From: Takakia lepidozioides | Lineage: Eukaryota > Plantae > Bryophyta | Assembly: GCA_030704615.1 (NCBI GenBank) | Contig: CM060733.1 | Span: 73,346,001 to 73,410,000 of the forward strand | DNA: 64,000 bases | Direction of reading: 5' to 3' | Part shown: positions 12,400 to 24,791 of the stretch, one piece after another | How the letters are laid out: every line of letters begins with the position of its first letter | Position numbering within the stretch: position 1 is the first letter of the stretch | Made by a program: the position numbers and the translations under genes | Notes under the pieces: model-generated | What the model saw: only the letters and a program-made list of their open reading frames with translations | Databases searched by the model: none | What the model was told of the DNA's origin: nothing

Positions 12400-13058
12400 G
12401 TCAAACAAACAGGAAAACATGAGACACTGCACGCCAAAACAAAGGTGTAAAGGAATATTGCGTATGGAGTGCTTCACATCCGCGAAGCACGAATCTCTCA
12501 CTGGTGGGCGATCCGAGTCTCCGGATAACGACGTCTGCATTTCATGCATGAGACGGCTTAAGTCGTGTCGTCGGCGGCTTCCCAAAATCCCGCGTCCTCC
12601 TCTTTGCCGGAGTCGCCTGACCTTCCACAAACTCTATGCTACCACTATGCCGCATAAGGAGAGGAAACGCAGGAGAACGTCACTGCAGAAGGGCAAGGAG
12701 CGAGAGAGCGAAGCGGTGGAACATGCAACCACTATGCACGAGCAGATGCGTAAGCAGCCACGTCTCCCGAAGCGTTGCCACCGTCCACCACTTTCTGCCG
12801 TATGGGTGATGAAGAGATTGTGACCCCTGACACGTTCGCACGGATGAAGTCGACTGGAACACGACGCGTGCCAGTTCCAGCCACCAGTGTATGACGGTTT
12901 ATCCGAATTGCGGCACCGAAATACGTTCCGTTCACCGGATGGTTCCCCCGGAGCAGCCGGCATTGAATGAAATATCCGCACATCATGAAACCCAACCGCC
13001 ATGAAAATCCCCTGCATATGACATTCAACAGTCAGGTCGGTACGTTTCATCAGCGGAC

Positions 13059-14820
13059 GGATGAATTTCGGCGCCGAAATTCATCCTATTCAAGTGCTTT
13101 CATACAAACTTACAAATTTCGGCGCCGCAATTCATCGCTTCCAAGTCCTCATTCGTCATGAGCAAACCTGTCGGTGGGATATCGGAGCCGGAATTAATTC
13201 CGGGACAACGGAAACGGCTGCACTTCGGCACATTTCATCCATATTTCGGCGCCGAAATTCATTACGAAACCATCCATATTTCGGCGCCGAAATTCATTAC
13301 GAATATGTCCGTCCACGCGTAGACGAGGTGAAATCATCCATATTTCGGCGCCGAAATTCATCGCTTCGCAAGTCCTCATTCGTCATGAGCAAACCTGTCG
13401 GTGGGATATCGGAGCCGGAATCAATTCCGGGACAACGGAAACGGCTGCACTTCGGCACATTCCATCCATATTTCGGCGCCGCAATTCATTACGAATATGA
13501 GCGTCCGCGCGTAGACGAGGTGAAATCATCCATATTTCGGCGCCGAAATTCATCCAGAGCGAAGATTAAATCTGCACGATGCTATGCTTTGCCGCCATCA
13601 TTGCCCCTGACGGATGCTGTCCATGACTGTTGGACTTGCCATTTCTGGACATTTAACTATAATTTCGGCGCCGAAATTATACTTTATGTGCGGCAACGTC
13701 CCGTGCGAAAAAGACCACTTCATGGATACTGTCGGTTTCAAATGAAAAAAAAACGGCTAAAATGCAATTAATTTTGACAGAAGTGGTTTAATATGCCGAT
13801 TTCTCCATTAAATGCAGAATATTCCTGTTATATTCGTCGGAACGGGGTATTTCCAACGATTTACGGAAAATTATCATCCAAAACCAAAAAGTAAGTGCCG
13901 GGTTTGGACGAATTTCGGCGCCGAAATTCATCCGTCGCATAGAAAATGTAATATTAGAGTTACTCATTGCGGACAGTAAGGATGAATTTCGGCGCCGAAA
14001 TTGATCCATTTCAAAGAAAAATAAATATTGGAGGGAAGGCATTGGATGAATTTCGGCGCCGAAATCCGCCGCTAAAACCCTGAAAAGAATTTGGAGGGAT
14101 GAAGTCGTCTGAATTTCGGCGCCGAAATTCATTGCTCGCGAAGGAAAAAAAAATTTCTGGAGGACTTCGGATGAATTTCGGCGCCGAAATTCATTGCTCG
14201 CGAAGGAAAATAAAAAATATCTCCTGGACTTGGAATGAATTTCGGCGCCGAAATTCAATGCTCGCGAAGGAAAAAAAAAAATCGAGAGGATTTTGGTTGA
14301 TTTCGGCGCCGAAATTCATTGCTCTCGAAGAAAAAGGGAAATTAAAAGGGAGTACTTGGATGAGATTCGGCGCCAAAGTTCATCTGTCGCAAAGAAAAAT
14401 AAAAACAGAAAGGACTTCCGATGAATTCTGGCACCGAAATCCATACGCAGGGCAGCAGAATTAGGGTCGGAAAAGGAGATGAAGAATGAATTTCGGCGCC
14501 GAAATACATCCATTCTGCCGAATCAGGATTACTGTCATTCGGAAGTCGGCACCGATATCCGGACACGTGGTCAATCACGACTGTAATCAGGAACACATTT
14601 ATCCGTATTTTGGCATCTAAATTCAACCCATATGTGCAGATACAATTTAATGAAGAAGAAGTTCATCCGAATTTCGGCACCGAAATCCATCCGTTGGGTG
14701 CTTGGTCAGTTTTATGAGGTAAACAAATTACGATTTCTGTTGCCAGAATTCATCCCTTGGCTTCCAAAGCTGTTACATGACAGAGATGTTCATCCAGATT
14801 TCGGTGCCGAAATTCATGGG
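13059..14820. repeat. M2 intergenic palindrome array: GATGAATTTCGGCGCCGAAATTCATC units, including a ~227-bp direct duplication
   Basis: Perfect 28-bp palindrome at 13059-13086 and more than 20 further copies. Duplicated block starts near 13145 and 13372. Confidence 0.95.
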
Positions 14821-15065
14821 AAGGCCTGATTTATTGTACCCCAAGTGGTTGTACATTACAATTCAGGCACCAAATATCCGATGTGAACTTGCTGTTTTCG
14901 TCCGTTTTTTTAACGTACGTTACACACCTTCATCTTTACGTGCACTGATCACCCATCATGTTGGATACGGAATCCTCCAGAAAATCATTTGTGTTATTAG
15001 GTAGGACACACTCTTCTCATTGCAGGACTTCGCTGCGGAGCGTACCGAGAGGTCCCGTCTTCAAA

Positions 15066-18000
15066 ATGGACTCCCGTGTTTGGGTCAACGTGTACTTCCA
15101 TCCTGATTCTCTGAAAGCTAAAATACCCTGCGACCAAGGATTTGCGATTGTCACTGAGCAGTACTTGTGTGTGAAGTTCGGGCTCCGCCCTGGAACGGTG
15201 TTTTTGGAAGAGGAGACGAAGGATGCTTATGGAAATTTTCTGGAAAGTGCCGTCATTCTGCATGCAGATTTCGGAAAAGGCAAAGAGTGGCGGCTCCCAG
15301 CTTCTGAATCCATCCGGTACAGTGCCATTGGTGAAATCGTGCCTAAAGAGTTCCCACGCTGGAACTTGGTTGATCCTCCTTCCACAAGAGGGTCTGGGGT
15401 GCAAGATGTGAAGGATGTGGGCACCTCTTCACAAGCAGAGAAGCCCAAACATGTGAAAAGGGAAATCCAGGAAAACAGGGAAACAGTCGTCCAGGACTTA
15501 TCCAGTGACGATGAAGACTGTATGGTCCTTCCATCGTATGTTTCGAAGTCGTCCGTCACTAGGAGTGTTCAGCATACACCGTCCGACTCAACTTCCGTCC
15601 GCTCAGTAATCGACATATTGCGGAGGATGAAGACAACGGGTTCCCGCTCCAGTGACCTTCTTAGGCTTGATTACGACAAAACTCCAATCCATTCTGTGGA
15701 AACTTTGCCTGATGTTGTGGATGGGAATGCTATCTACGAGTTCCCTCCAGTGCCGGCAGGCGCAGGCCCAGACGGCATGCTCGCAGGAATGAACAGGAAA
15801 CATGACGGCCACCCTTGGTGTGTCACCAAAACTTCATCGTCCAACCTGGGTGATGGAGTTCGAGTGAGATATGTATTGTGTGCTGGGCATCTTAAATGTT
15901 TCTCGAGCACATGTTACCATTACACTAGCAAAGGCACCAGGAATGAGACTGACTGGATTGGCAATTCGTCGACCCCATTTTGGCCTCAAGGTAGAGTTCC
16001 TGCAGGGACGTTCAAGTGTGCCCATTGCAACGCAGCCCCTACGTGCATGGCAGTGTGCAACGCCAAGCAGTACTACGTCGGGACCGTCGGCCCAGCGTGC
16101 ACCAGAGCATGCATTCACATCGGAAAGCATGAGCACCCCCTCGCCAGAGGCAATTGCAGAGTCGCTTTTCAACAAGCCCAGGATATTATCAAGGAGGAGG
16201 TGAGGTTGAGGCCGGGTGCAAAACCAAAGCAGATACAGCTCGCATCGGCACATAGGATTGCAATTGGCAGAATAATGTCGGAGGACGGAAGCACAAGAGA
16301 GAAGCTGGGCGAGGGGGACATGAAGGACCTGCTGGAAGCTGTCTCCCATGTGTGCAGCCCCAATGTCAGGAACCACATTGTCAGCTGCAAGAAACGAATC
16401 GGAAGAGGATCAGACATGCACTCCATCTTGGAAGTGAAACGCACATGCGGCTACGACTTCATCCAAGGCAGCTTCTTTCCTGGTCAAGGCTCGGAGATGG
16501 ACAGGTGCTTCATATTTAAGATGTCAACGTGCGGACCGGGGAGCGGCGTCGATTTGGTGAAGCGGATGACCAGTGGAGACCTCTCAAATTGTTGGGTCAT
16601 GTTTGACCACATCCGGCGAATTACCAACCACGATTGGGTGACAATGGGGGCACATGTATACGACCCACATTGCAGAAAGTTGATGACCATTGCTATCTGC
16701 GAAATGAAGGGAGAAGACACAGATTCGGAGTTGCATATGTGGCGCGGCAATTAATGAGCAAATGGCGAGAGCCAAGTTGCCCCCTCCCGATTTTAGGGGC
16801 TTCATGGCTGACAATGCCCAGGCAAACTGGGCTGCAGTTAGGAGGGTATATGGGGACGACCCAAAGACTCCAATGGAAGGAAAGGAGAGATCTTGCGGGT
16901 TCCACTTCATGCAGAGTTTGACGCAAAACACGAAAAGGTTCGTGGCGTCACGCCACCGGCAGGATCATATCAGTATGTGCCTAGCGTGGAAAAATGCGAA
17001 TTCCATCGACGAGGCGGAGACCGAGTTTGCAACCATACGCGCCTGGTGGGTGTCTTCAGGGGCAGTGGATGTGAAAGATCAGCCAGAACTGCAAACGTGG
17101 CTTGCGTGGTGGCATTATAGATTCCGCCAGTTTGGAGACTACATGAGACAGGTAACACATTTCTGTACTTGACAATTGTTCTGTTTTGTGCTTGGACATT
17201 CTCCACAATCAGTGACATATCTAATTTCCTTCAACAGGACATGAGCTTGGAGGATGACACGGATATGCCGACGACGAACATGGCCGAATCGGTGCACTCT
17301 TCCTGGCGTGCTTCCTCTGCAGCACATCTCGTTGACATGTTGACAGCAACAACAGAAGATATTGTGAGGGCCATCATGCAACAATCTCATTACTACCAGT
17401 TTCTGGGAGGAAAGCAATGGGGTATCGGACCAGACAGGCAGGAGATGCTGATGAGGGCGGCGCATCGTTCGACCGATCCCAAAAAATGGACTGCTGCATT
17501 GCGGGAAACTATAAGGTCAACGCCGTTACACAGTCGGGGGAACTGCCTGGAGGGCGATGTCCGCAGCCGGCCGGTGAAGAGAAGAATTGAGGACATGCCC
17601 GGAGGGGATGGGGATTCATGGAGATCAGATATGAACATCCGCACTCAACCTCGGGGCGCAACGATGTTGCGTCCCACGCCTCCACGAAGCAGGACTCGTA
17701 CCCCCTCTCCTGCAGCATCCATGGAATCGCTGCCAGACTCGGGACAACATGCCGAGGATGGGCATTCTGCTCCTGTTTTCGTTACCCAATACAACATTCC
17801 AATCGTGGAGCGAGATGTGTCGGCCTCGCAGTGGAGAATTGCACGGACCCGTCCGACATTTCGTGGCAAATGTTGTGCTGTTCGTGTCGACACCAACCAG
17901 AGATGCAATGAGATGATTCGGAGGAGCCCGCAGGGCGGTGTGCCTGCCCCTTGCTTCACAGGGAGATTTGTGTGCGCAAAGTTTGTGGAGGCCACACTGA

Positions 18001-18665
18001 AGGAGTTTTGGTTCTGCAGGCACGACATCATGTCGTGTGTGTTCGGCAAGCCCAAGTATGGTGTACAAGGCATGCCTGAACCACCGGCAGTCTGGCCTGT
18101 GGCAAGTGGTACAGATCTTACCCTGGAGGAGGCAGACGCTCTAGGAAGTGCAGGGTTTCGACTGGTGGAGAGGACAGACGTTCCACGAAATCCAATTCCC
18201 AATCGTCATCCTCCTCCCACGAGAAGCTCTTCGCCCCGCATACCGGTGGGTGACCCCGCAGCTTGGCCCACCCATCGGTGGGGTAAACTGAAAAGACGGC
18301 GGCCACCAACAAAGGCGAACGACACCAGGATGGCCAACGCTCTTGCAATGCCCTGCATAGTGCAAGGTTGCAGGGATGTTCCTCACCCCGGGATGGGGCG
18401 CATATTTCAGTTGTCAACAGCCGGGTCTGCTGCGCGCAGTGTCGTGTATGCAATCACGGTTTCACAGTACCCAGCTTGCAACTGTGAGGACTTCCTTGTT
18501 ATGGAATCGAGGAATGCAGCATACGTCCCCTGCAAACACCTTTATTACATTTTTATGAAGCGCATGAGTTGCATATCCGCAGTGGACGTCTTCATCCATG
18601 CTCCAACACTGAGTTTCAACGAGCTGCACAAGGCCCTACGGCAGGATACTGGTCGGACTGCTTGA
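15066..18665 (+). CDS. MULE transposase of M2 (GCM/WRKY-like, MULE DDE, Cys-rich insert, SWIM); near-intact with one frameshift at ~16748
   Basis: ATG at 15066 (MDSRVW). ORFs 14958-16754, 16762-17172 and 17169-18665. Intron 17152-17237. Motifs WVMFDH, FMADNAQA, CGFH, TNMAESVH, and SWIM CNCEDF..VPCKH. Confidence 0.9.
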
Positions 18666-19121
18666 CATTCCACATTCGGGAAGGAGTTAGTGGCAATTAT
18701 ATTACATTCATCTTCTTGCACCCTATTTTTTTGTGAGGAATTATACACTTGGTGGTGCCGCATCGCCATGGCTACATGTGAATTTCGTCCACCTTTATGA
18801 GAAGACTCCAATTTGCTACAAATACATTGTTACTGTTCTGCAAATGTGATGCCTTTACAAGATTGCTAGTTCTGTGTCCCAGTGGGAAGGGTCCTACTGC
18901 ACATTCCAGCATTTGCATACTGCACCTTGTGCAAACAGCAATCCATACGACAAAGGACACGTCCCAGCATACTGGCAGTGAATTGCAAATAACATTAACA
19001 GAAGATTATCGAAGCCTGTATATTCCCCATATGGCACAGGGAAGCTGCTTGATTTCTGAATGAAAATGTATGTGCCATGAGTGTCAGCAAGTTGAAACAT
19101 GTCTACTCTAGCATGCAAGAC

Positions 19122-19742
19122 CTATGGTCCCCTCGCCCAAGAAGAAGGAACTCGAACTGGCCTCTCAAGGACCTCCTGAGTGACCGGGTGCCTATATTTG
19201 AACAAAATGTCAGTGGTTTCTGTCGCCCGGTTGAAACTAACGAGGATGTCGTGTTTATCGATAGCGCCCCCTTGGTAGAAGGACATTTTCACAGTGGGCC
19301 CTGTGTTCCCCTCCTCCTCATCCTCATAACTGAAGAGAATGTCCCCACTTTCCGAGCCAGTCCGTCCACGCGTAAAGTTTTCACCTATGCACTCATCATA
19401 CGTCCACTCGCAACAATTCCAGCGATACAGCAACGCTGTGCGTGATCTGTTCGGCTCCCACACATGCGGAAAGTCCAGGTCCATGATGCGTAGGAACCAC
19501 CTGCTCCCCAGCCGGGGTCCAGGAGAGTCGTGCAATCCTGGAAGAAACTCCATTGCTCTCAGCTGGACAAGTCGAGGATCGTTCCCTGTAAACATCCAGG
19601 AAGACAATGATGTCGTCTGCTTTCGGGAAAATGACTCCCGTCTGGCGTCGATAGATGTGATTCGGGCACGACATGGCCTCACGACACAACACGAACTCAA
19701 AGCAGGGAGGACATGGGCACAACAGAGAAGAGTGAAGAGCAA
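19122..19742 (-). CDS. Hypothetical protein inside the 3' region of M2
   Basis: 206-aa ORF with globular-looking composition in its C-terminal 170 aa. No recognisable motif; no equivalent seen in M1 or M3. Confidence 0.35.
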   Translation of the reverse strand: MLFTLLCCAHVLPALSSCCVVRPCRARITSIDARRESFSRKQTTSLSSWMFTGNDPRLVQLRAMEFLPGLHDSPGPRLGSRWFLRIMDLDFPHVWEPNRSRTALLYRWNCCEWTYDECIGENFTRGRTGSESGDILFSYEDEEEGNTGPTVKMSFYQGGAIDKHDILVSFNRATETTDILFKYRHPVTQEVLERPVRVPSSWARGP

Positions 19743-19794
19743 AATGAGAGCAAGGCCTCCCTCACCGTAAGGCGGGTATTTGCTCTCCGACGCC

Positions 19795-20100
19795 CAATTT
19801 CGGCGCCGTTATTACATGGAGTGCGGAAGCTTCAGCCGAGAATTTTGTTTCCGCAGGTCAATTTCGGCGCCGTTATTGGTTGCAATCCCCAGCCTTCAGC
19901 CGGGTATTTGGTTTCCGGACCCAATTTCGGCGCCGTTATCGGCTGCTCTCCGGTGGCTTCAGCCGAGTATTTGGTTTCCGGGGCCCATTTCGGCGCCGTT
20001 ATCGCCTGCATTCCGGAGGATGCAGCCGGGTATTTGGTTGGCAGAGCCCAATTACTTTCACCGTTGTTGGCTTCACTCCCGAGCCTTCAGCGCGCTATTT
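19795..20100. repeat. M2 3' subterminal tandem array (~63-bp unit with AATTTCGGCGCCGTTAT)
   Basis: Four clear units near 19796, 19860, 19923 and 19987, plus degenerate copies. Confidence 0.85.
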
Positions 20101-20724
20101 CTTTTCCTGTTCCCAATTACGGCCTCGTTATAACCAACCATCCTGCACTTCTGCAATAGTACTATCCACGGTTATAGGTCGCCATTGCGTTTTCGGAGTC
20201 TGCAAACCCGGATCCTAATTCCGCTTGCGTCTCTGCCTCTGGGATAATTTCGGTGCCGTTATTGCCCAGAATTCTGTTATTCTATGACCTGGCCTGGCGG
20301 TCCATGAGCCTGGGCTCCAAGTCATGAGCGTACACTGGTACTCATGAGCGGAGTACTTCCAGCATGAGCGCGGAAATCTTCGATTTTTGATTATTTTATA
20401 GTTTTTGGCCCGAAAAAAATCTGCCGAAATTCGAAGTGTGTTACTTTGCGGCTCATGGGTTAGCCATGCCCGCTCATGAGCTCATGAGCTCACCGCTCAT
20501 GAGCTCATGGAATAGCAACCCCCCTTTTGCAGTGGTATACTGGATTTCCCGTTGCACGGTCACTTATTTCCATGAGCGGATCTAAAAAACCATGAGCGGA
20601 CTTGTTACTGACGACATATCTTCGCCGCATTACATGATCTGGAACGTCCAAAACGGCAAGGTCAAATAAAAAACTATTATTTTAATACTTGTTTAATCTG
20701 CCGCATTTCCAAATTTGGAGGAGT

Positions 20725-20829
20725 CCGCTCATGAAATCCGCGTATCTTAGACTTCGGCTCACCGCTCATGCGGCTCATGCGGCTCATGGCTCATGGCTCA
20801 TGGTTTCTGCTCATGAAATAGTAAACCTC
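20725..20829 (-). repeat. M1 right TIR with GCTCATG subterminal repeats
   Basis: ccgctcatgcggctcatgcggctcatggctcatggctcatgg...gctcatgaaatagtaaacctc. Confidence 0.88.
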
Positions 20830-23529
20830 CTCTGCATGGGCATTGCCTTCCAGCAACTCTCCAGGCCAACTAACTGCAGCTGTGAAGGCGGCTAGTGTTG
20901 GCATCTTGCCCCGCTGGGCAGCTGCAATACCCCCAATGAATGTCACAGGGAGCTGTGCACGGCGACCATCCCCTGACTGCCATCCAGGCCTGTAGGATGC
21001 TGACTCCTCCCAGAAATCCAGGGTGAAGCCCATGGGGTATAACACTGCCCACCAACGAGGACATCGTAAGAGACCGCGTCTGTCACAATGGCCTTGGCTC
21101 GCATCACTGAGCCATCTACAGGATGATCCGGCTGCAGTCTAATAGCCAACTGATGCCGTGTCATGCCGCGAGCCTACTCTGATCCTCCCAGAGATGTCTG
21201 TATCTGGAAAGGACAAGGCTCCATATCCGCCTCCATGAGGCCCAAACCTGCAATAGCAGCTATGCCCAACATCAGTGGCTGAGCTCCTGAGTCCAACAAG
21301 ACCCGCAGTGGCCGATACTTCTGCCTGCCGGTCCATTCAAAGTGAAAATGCCTCCCTGGTTGTCTAACAAGACAACTCCAGGTGTCACCATGGCGCGCTC
21401 AATGGCTGGCCTAGCTGGCAGCTCCGTTAACCTGGCAGCTGCAACTTGCCATTGTGTAGCCGTGGCAGTCTTGACCCTCAAATCCGAGGATCCCTCTGCC
21501 ACTACACCTTCTACTAACTCCGCAGAAGATGAAGTGACCTCCCCACTCTCACAGAGTGTTGCTGCTAGTCTGAACACTGCAGCTGATCTCACCCCCGGCG
21601 TCACAATCATTGTTGCCGAGAACAGTGGGGCCTGACACACAGAGGTGGCTGCCCCCAATAACACACCGGCCGCACTAGCCTTGCAGCAGGAGTCAATGCT
21701 GCACGTGTAGCTCTCCCCAATGGCATAGTAACCTCCGCCTCGGTAACATCGGGCGAGAACTAGGTGCCATGGATGGCGTCGACACAGTCTCCGCCAATGT
21801 GAATGACTGAGGAAGCCTTGCCTGACGGCTTGCCTCCCCACGCTGTGGATCCAATTCCACCTTTGCACCTCGTGGCTCAGGAACTCGTGCTGCTCCTCGA
21901 GTCACGGCTGCAGCAGCCTCCACCTGCTCTAGTGGTAGTGCTGCTCCGCACATAAATCCCATGCCTCCCATATCTCCTCCCTCAGGAGCAGGAGGTGGAC
22001 CATCCCGCCTGGGAGCCGGTACCGCCTGAGCTATAGCCATGGCAGCCAGCCTCTGCTCTAGCTGCTGAAGCCGGTTGGCCATGCCTTGATCAACACCCTG
22101 ACCTCCGCGTCCTTGGCCATGTTGAGGTTGCCCTTGGCCTGCACCTCGTGCCCGACCACCTCGTCCTCTCTGGGCTGGTCCATTCGCCCCCGGCCACCAT
22201 TGTTCCCTTGGAACTGGCCTGGGCGCAACTCAGGATGCAAGTCATAACACTGGGCATCTCCATGCCCATACTTGCCGCAATGCCCACACTGCAACTGTGC
22301 AGGCTGTGCTTGTGGCGGCCTTCTGCCATTCTCTGGGCAATCTCTTTTGACATGGGGTCCTCCACATATCCAACATATCACCCCTGGTTGCTGTTGGCCT
22401 GCAAAAGATGCCACGGGCCTCTGCACCTGAGGTCCCCTGTAAGCTCCATGGAACTTGGGCTGGGCAACCTTGCCCCCTGACCACGCTGTTGGGCAGTCCC
22501 TTGTGCCTGTGGGCTGACAGCTGTGCCCCGTACAGGCATGTCCTTGCCAAATCCAATTGTAACAACTCGCTCCTCCACCATGTTGAGCTCAATCCGCTCA
22601 GCCAGCAGAAACACATCTGCTAAGGTGGGTTGGCTGCTTGTAACAGGGTTGCATCTCGCACCCTTCTCTTGAGCTCCTTGTCCAGAATTCCATACCAAAA
22701 CTGGATTGCCTGAGCTTCAGTAACCCCTTGGGTCACACTTATCAAGCGCCTCATACGAGTGTACGCCTCTCGCAGGCTCTCACTGGGTTTGCGCTGGAAG
22801 TCTTGGCAAACTTCGCAGCTTCTCTGTCCGTACACCTTGGTAGTTCCTCCGCAACTCCTGGAAGAACTCCACCACCGGGTTGAATCTAGGCACATGTGTT
22901 GTAGTCGTGGCAGGAGGAGTAGTAGCACCTTTTGAACTGGTACCACCTGCAGAAGTACCAGCACTACTTGCTCCACTACTAGTGCTGGCAGTGGGAGCTA
23001 TTGGTACTGATGCAGCTACTGTCGCATCGTGCCTCGAGTAATGGAGACGTAGTCAGGTGACCAATACATCCTCCACTCCTCAATCTCTGCTTCATGTCCT
23101 CGCCTGAACTCGTGGTAATCGTCCATAGGCGGGCCTTCCAAATGCTGGAACAGTCCCTTCCACGCCATGAATGGGGTGAAATAGCTGTGGATTGCGCATC
23201 TGCTGCAAATCACACCAGCTGTCGAACTCCTGGATAAAGTCATCCAACTCAATTGTGCCCACAGCTCCAGAGTACCTACGAGGCCCCTTGGTAGCTCCAT
23301 ACATCTCCTCCATGTCGTCCCACAACAATGGCGAATGAAAGTGCACACCTGTTGATGAAGCCTCCGAGTCTGTGTCTGACTCTACAGTAGTTGAGGGTGG
23401 CGGTGAAGGTGGTCTGAACCGAATACCTCGTCTTGTGAACCCACTCTCACTGTCACTGCTTGTAGCCGTACTCCCCTCAAAACCCTTGGGTAACTCCGTA
23501 ATGACACTCACAATGTGCACCTCCTCCAC
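20830..23529 (-). pseudogene. gag-protease of element B, degenerate
   Basis: IELDDFIQEFDSWCD; Zn knuckles CWICGGPHVKRDC and CGHCGKYGHGDAQC; protease PLRVLLDSGAQPLM near 21270-21311; many frameshifts and stops. Confidence 0.85.
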
Positions 23530-24134
23530 GTGACACTATAAGGCTCTAGTACTAATCTAATAGTGACACGGGTGGGCACCTGTTGCAGTCTAAGGGTCAT
23601 ATCCCAATGGCTCAGGGCACCTGCACCTGCATCCACCGCAAGAACTCCTATGGTTGGCTGGTCATCAACCCAGCCTCACCATAGAAGAAACACTGGTGGT
23701 CTTGCTGGTCATCACTCCAGCCTCACCACCGACAGCATACTCTAGGATTGACCGGTGTATCAATCCAGCCTAATCCCTATGAAAGCAAGCGCCCACACAA
23801 AACCAACATGGCGCACAGTCAAGCATGCAGGTGTTGGGGGGGATCCAAACACAAAAATTAAAACATCACACCCCCACACCAAATCCAGCAGCAACGCTGA
23901 TTCTGCAGAATATCCCAGCCCAAAACCCCGGACTGACTGGCCTCCACCAAGAGAGGCTTTGGCAACTACAAGTACAAGGTAATGAAAATAGTACAGAGAT
24001 GGAGGGGAAGAATAGAAGCCCGCCCAAGCAGATCTAATCCTGATCTATGCTATCAACTTCCAGACTTCTCTCAAGTGCCTCGCTCTGCTTGATGGTAAGG
24101 TGTAGGAGGTATATCTATGTCCAGAAACCTGCCA

Positions 24135-24791
24135 CTAACCTTGTCCCAAGCTACAGTAGCTCGCTCTAACCACCCTCCTCCTCTTTCTGCCAGGTAGAGA
24201 CAAGCAACACTCTGCTATCTCCCGCTCACTGAACACTAAAGAAAACAAAGGTAGGGTCTGATAGTCTCTCAACTCGAAAGCTTTGAGACGGTTGCGGGTG
24301 TCCTCATTGCGAATGACTGCATCTCCTTCACGCACAACAAACATGTCATTGCTGATGAACCCCCGCTCGTGGTTGCCCTGTGCAGAGCGTATCCGGCTGC
24401 AACCATGTCTGATTGCACAAACTTGTGTAGCTCCTGCTCCTCTGCTCCAGTACACCACGGCCTTGTGGCTGAACACCTTGGTCCCCGGGGCTGTCTTTGG
24501 CTGTGTTCCAAGCCTAGCTTTCACCCACTTTGGTATTTCACCTACAGCTGCAGAACTGCTGGCTCCAACAGAGTTCTGACTGTCCAAGGCAATATTGAGG
24601 CCCTCAATGCCAACTACAGCAGTCTGTTGTCTACTGCTAATGCTTGACTCCCAGTATGCAATCAACTCGTCCAACTGTTCTCCACTCAAATCAGTCTGAG
24701 TTCCTTGGGAAACATAAATCCTGTCCCCTTGTGTGCACAGGCTAAGAGAAGAGACCTGCCCTTCAATTACGTCCTCATTTCCCCCAGCCAT
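24135..24791 (-). CDS. Hypothetical ORF upstream of gag in element B
   Basis: 218-aa ATG-initiated ORF in the same sense as B's gag; no recognisable domain. Confidence 0.3.
   Translation of the reverse strand: MAGGNEDVIEGQVSSLSLCTQGDRIYVSQGTQTDLSGEQLDELIAYWESSISSRQQTAVVGIEGLNIALDSQNSVGASSSAAVGEIPKWVKARLGTQPKTAPGTKVFSHKAVVYWSRGAGATQVCAIRHGCSRIRSAQGNHERGFISNDMFVVREGDAVIRNEDTRNRLKAFELRDYQTLPLFSLVFSEREIAECCLSLPGRKRRRVVRASYCSLGQG

Larger units (their letters stand above)
6827..20523 (+). mobile_element. Complete MULE-like DNA transposon M2 (~13.7 kb) nested in the 3' region of M1
   Basis: Imperfect TIRs GAGGTTTACTATTTCATGAGC and (reverse complement) GGGGGTTGCTATTCCATGAGC. Flanking direct repeat CTTTTGCAG at 6818-6826 and 20524-20532; the boundary is ambiguous by about 1 bp. 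Confidence 0.92.
1..20829 (+). mobile_element. MULE-like DNA transposon M1 (left end outside window; interrupted by M2 at 6827-20523)
   Basis: Contains a palindrome array (715-2255) and a MULE transposase (2669-6275). The right TIR ...GCTCATGAAATAGTAAACCTC ends at 20829 and is the exact reverse complement of the M2 left terminus GAGGTTTACTATTTCATGAGC. Gypsy B sequence resumes at 20830. Confidence 0.85.
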
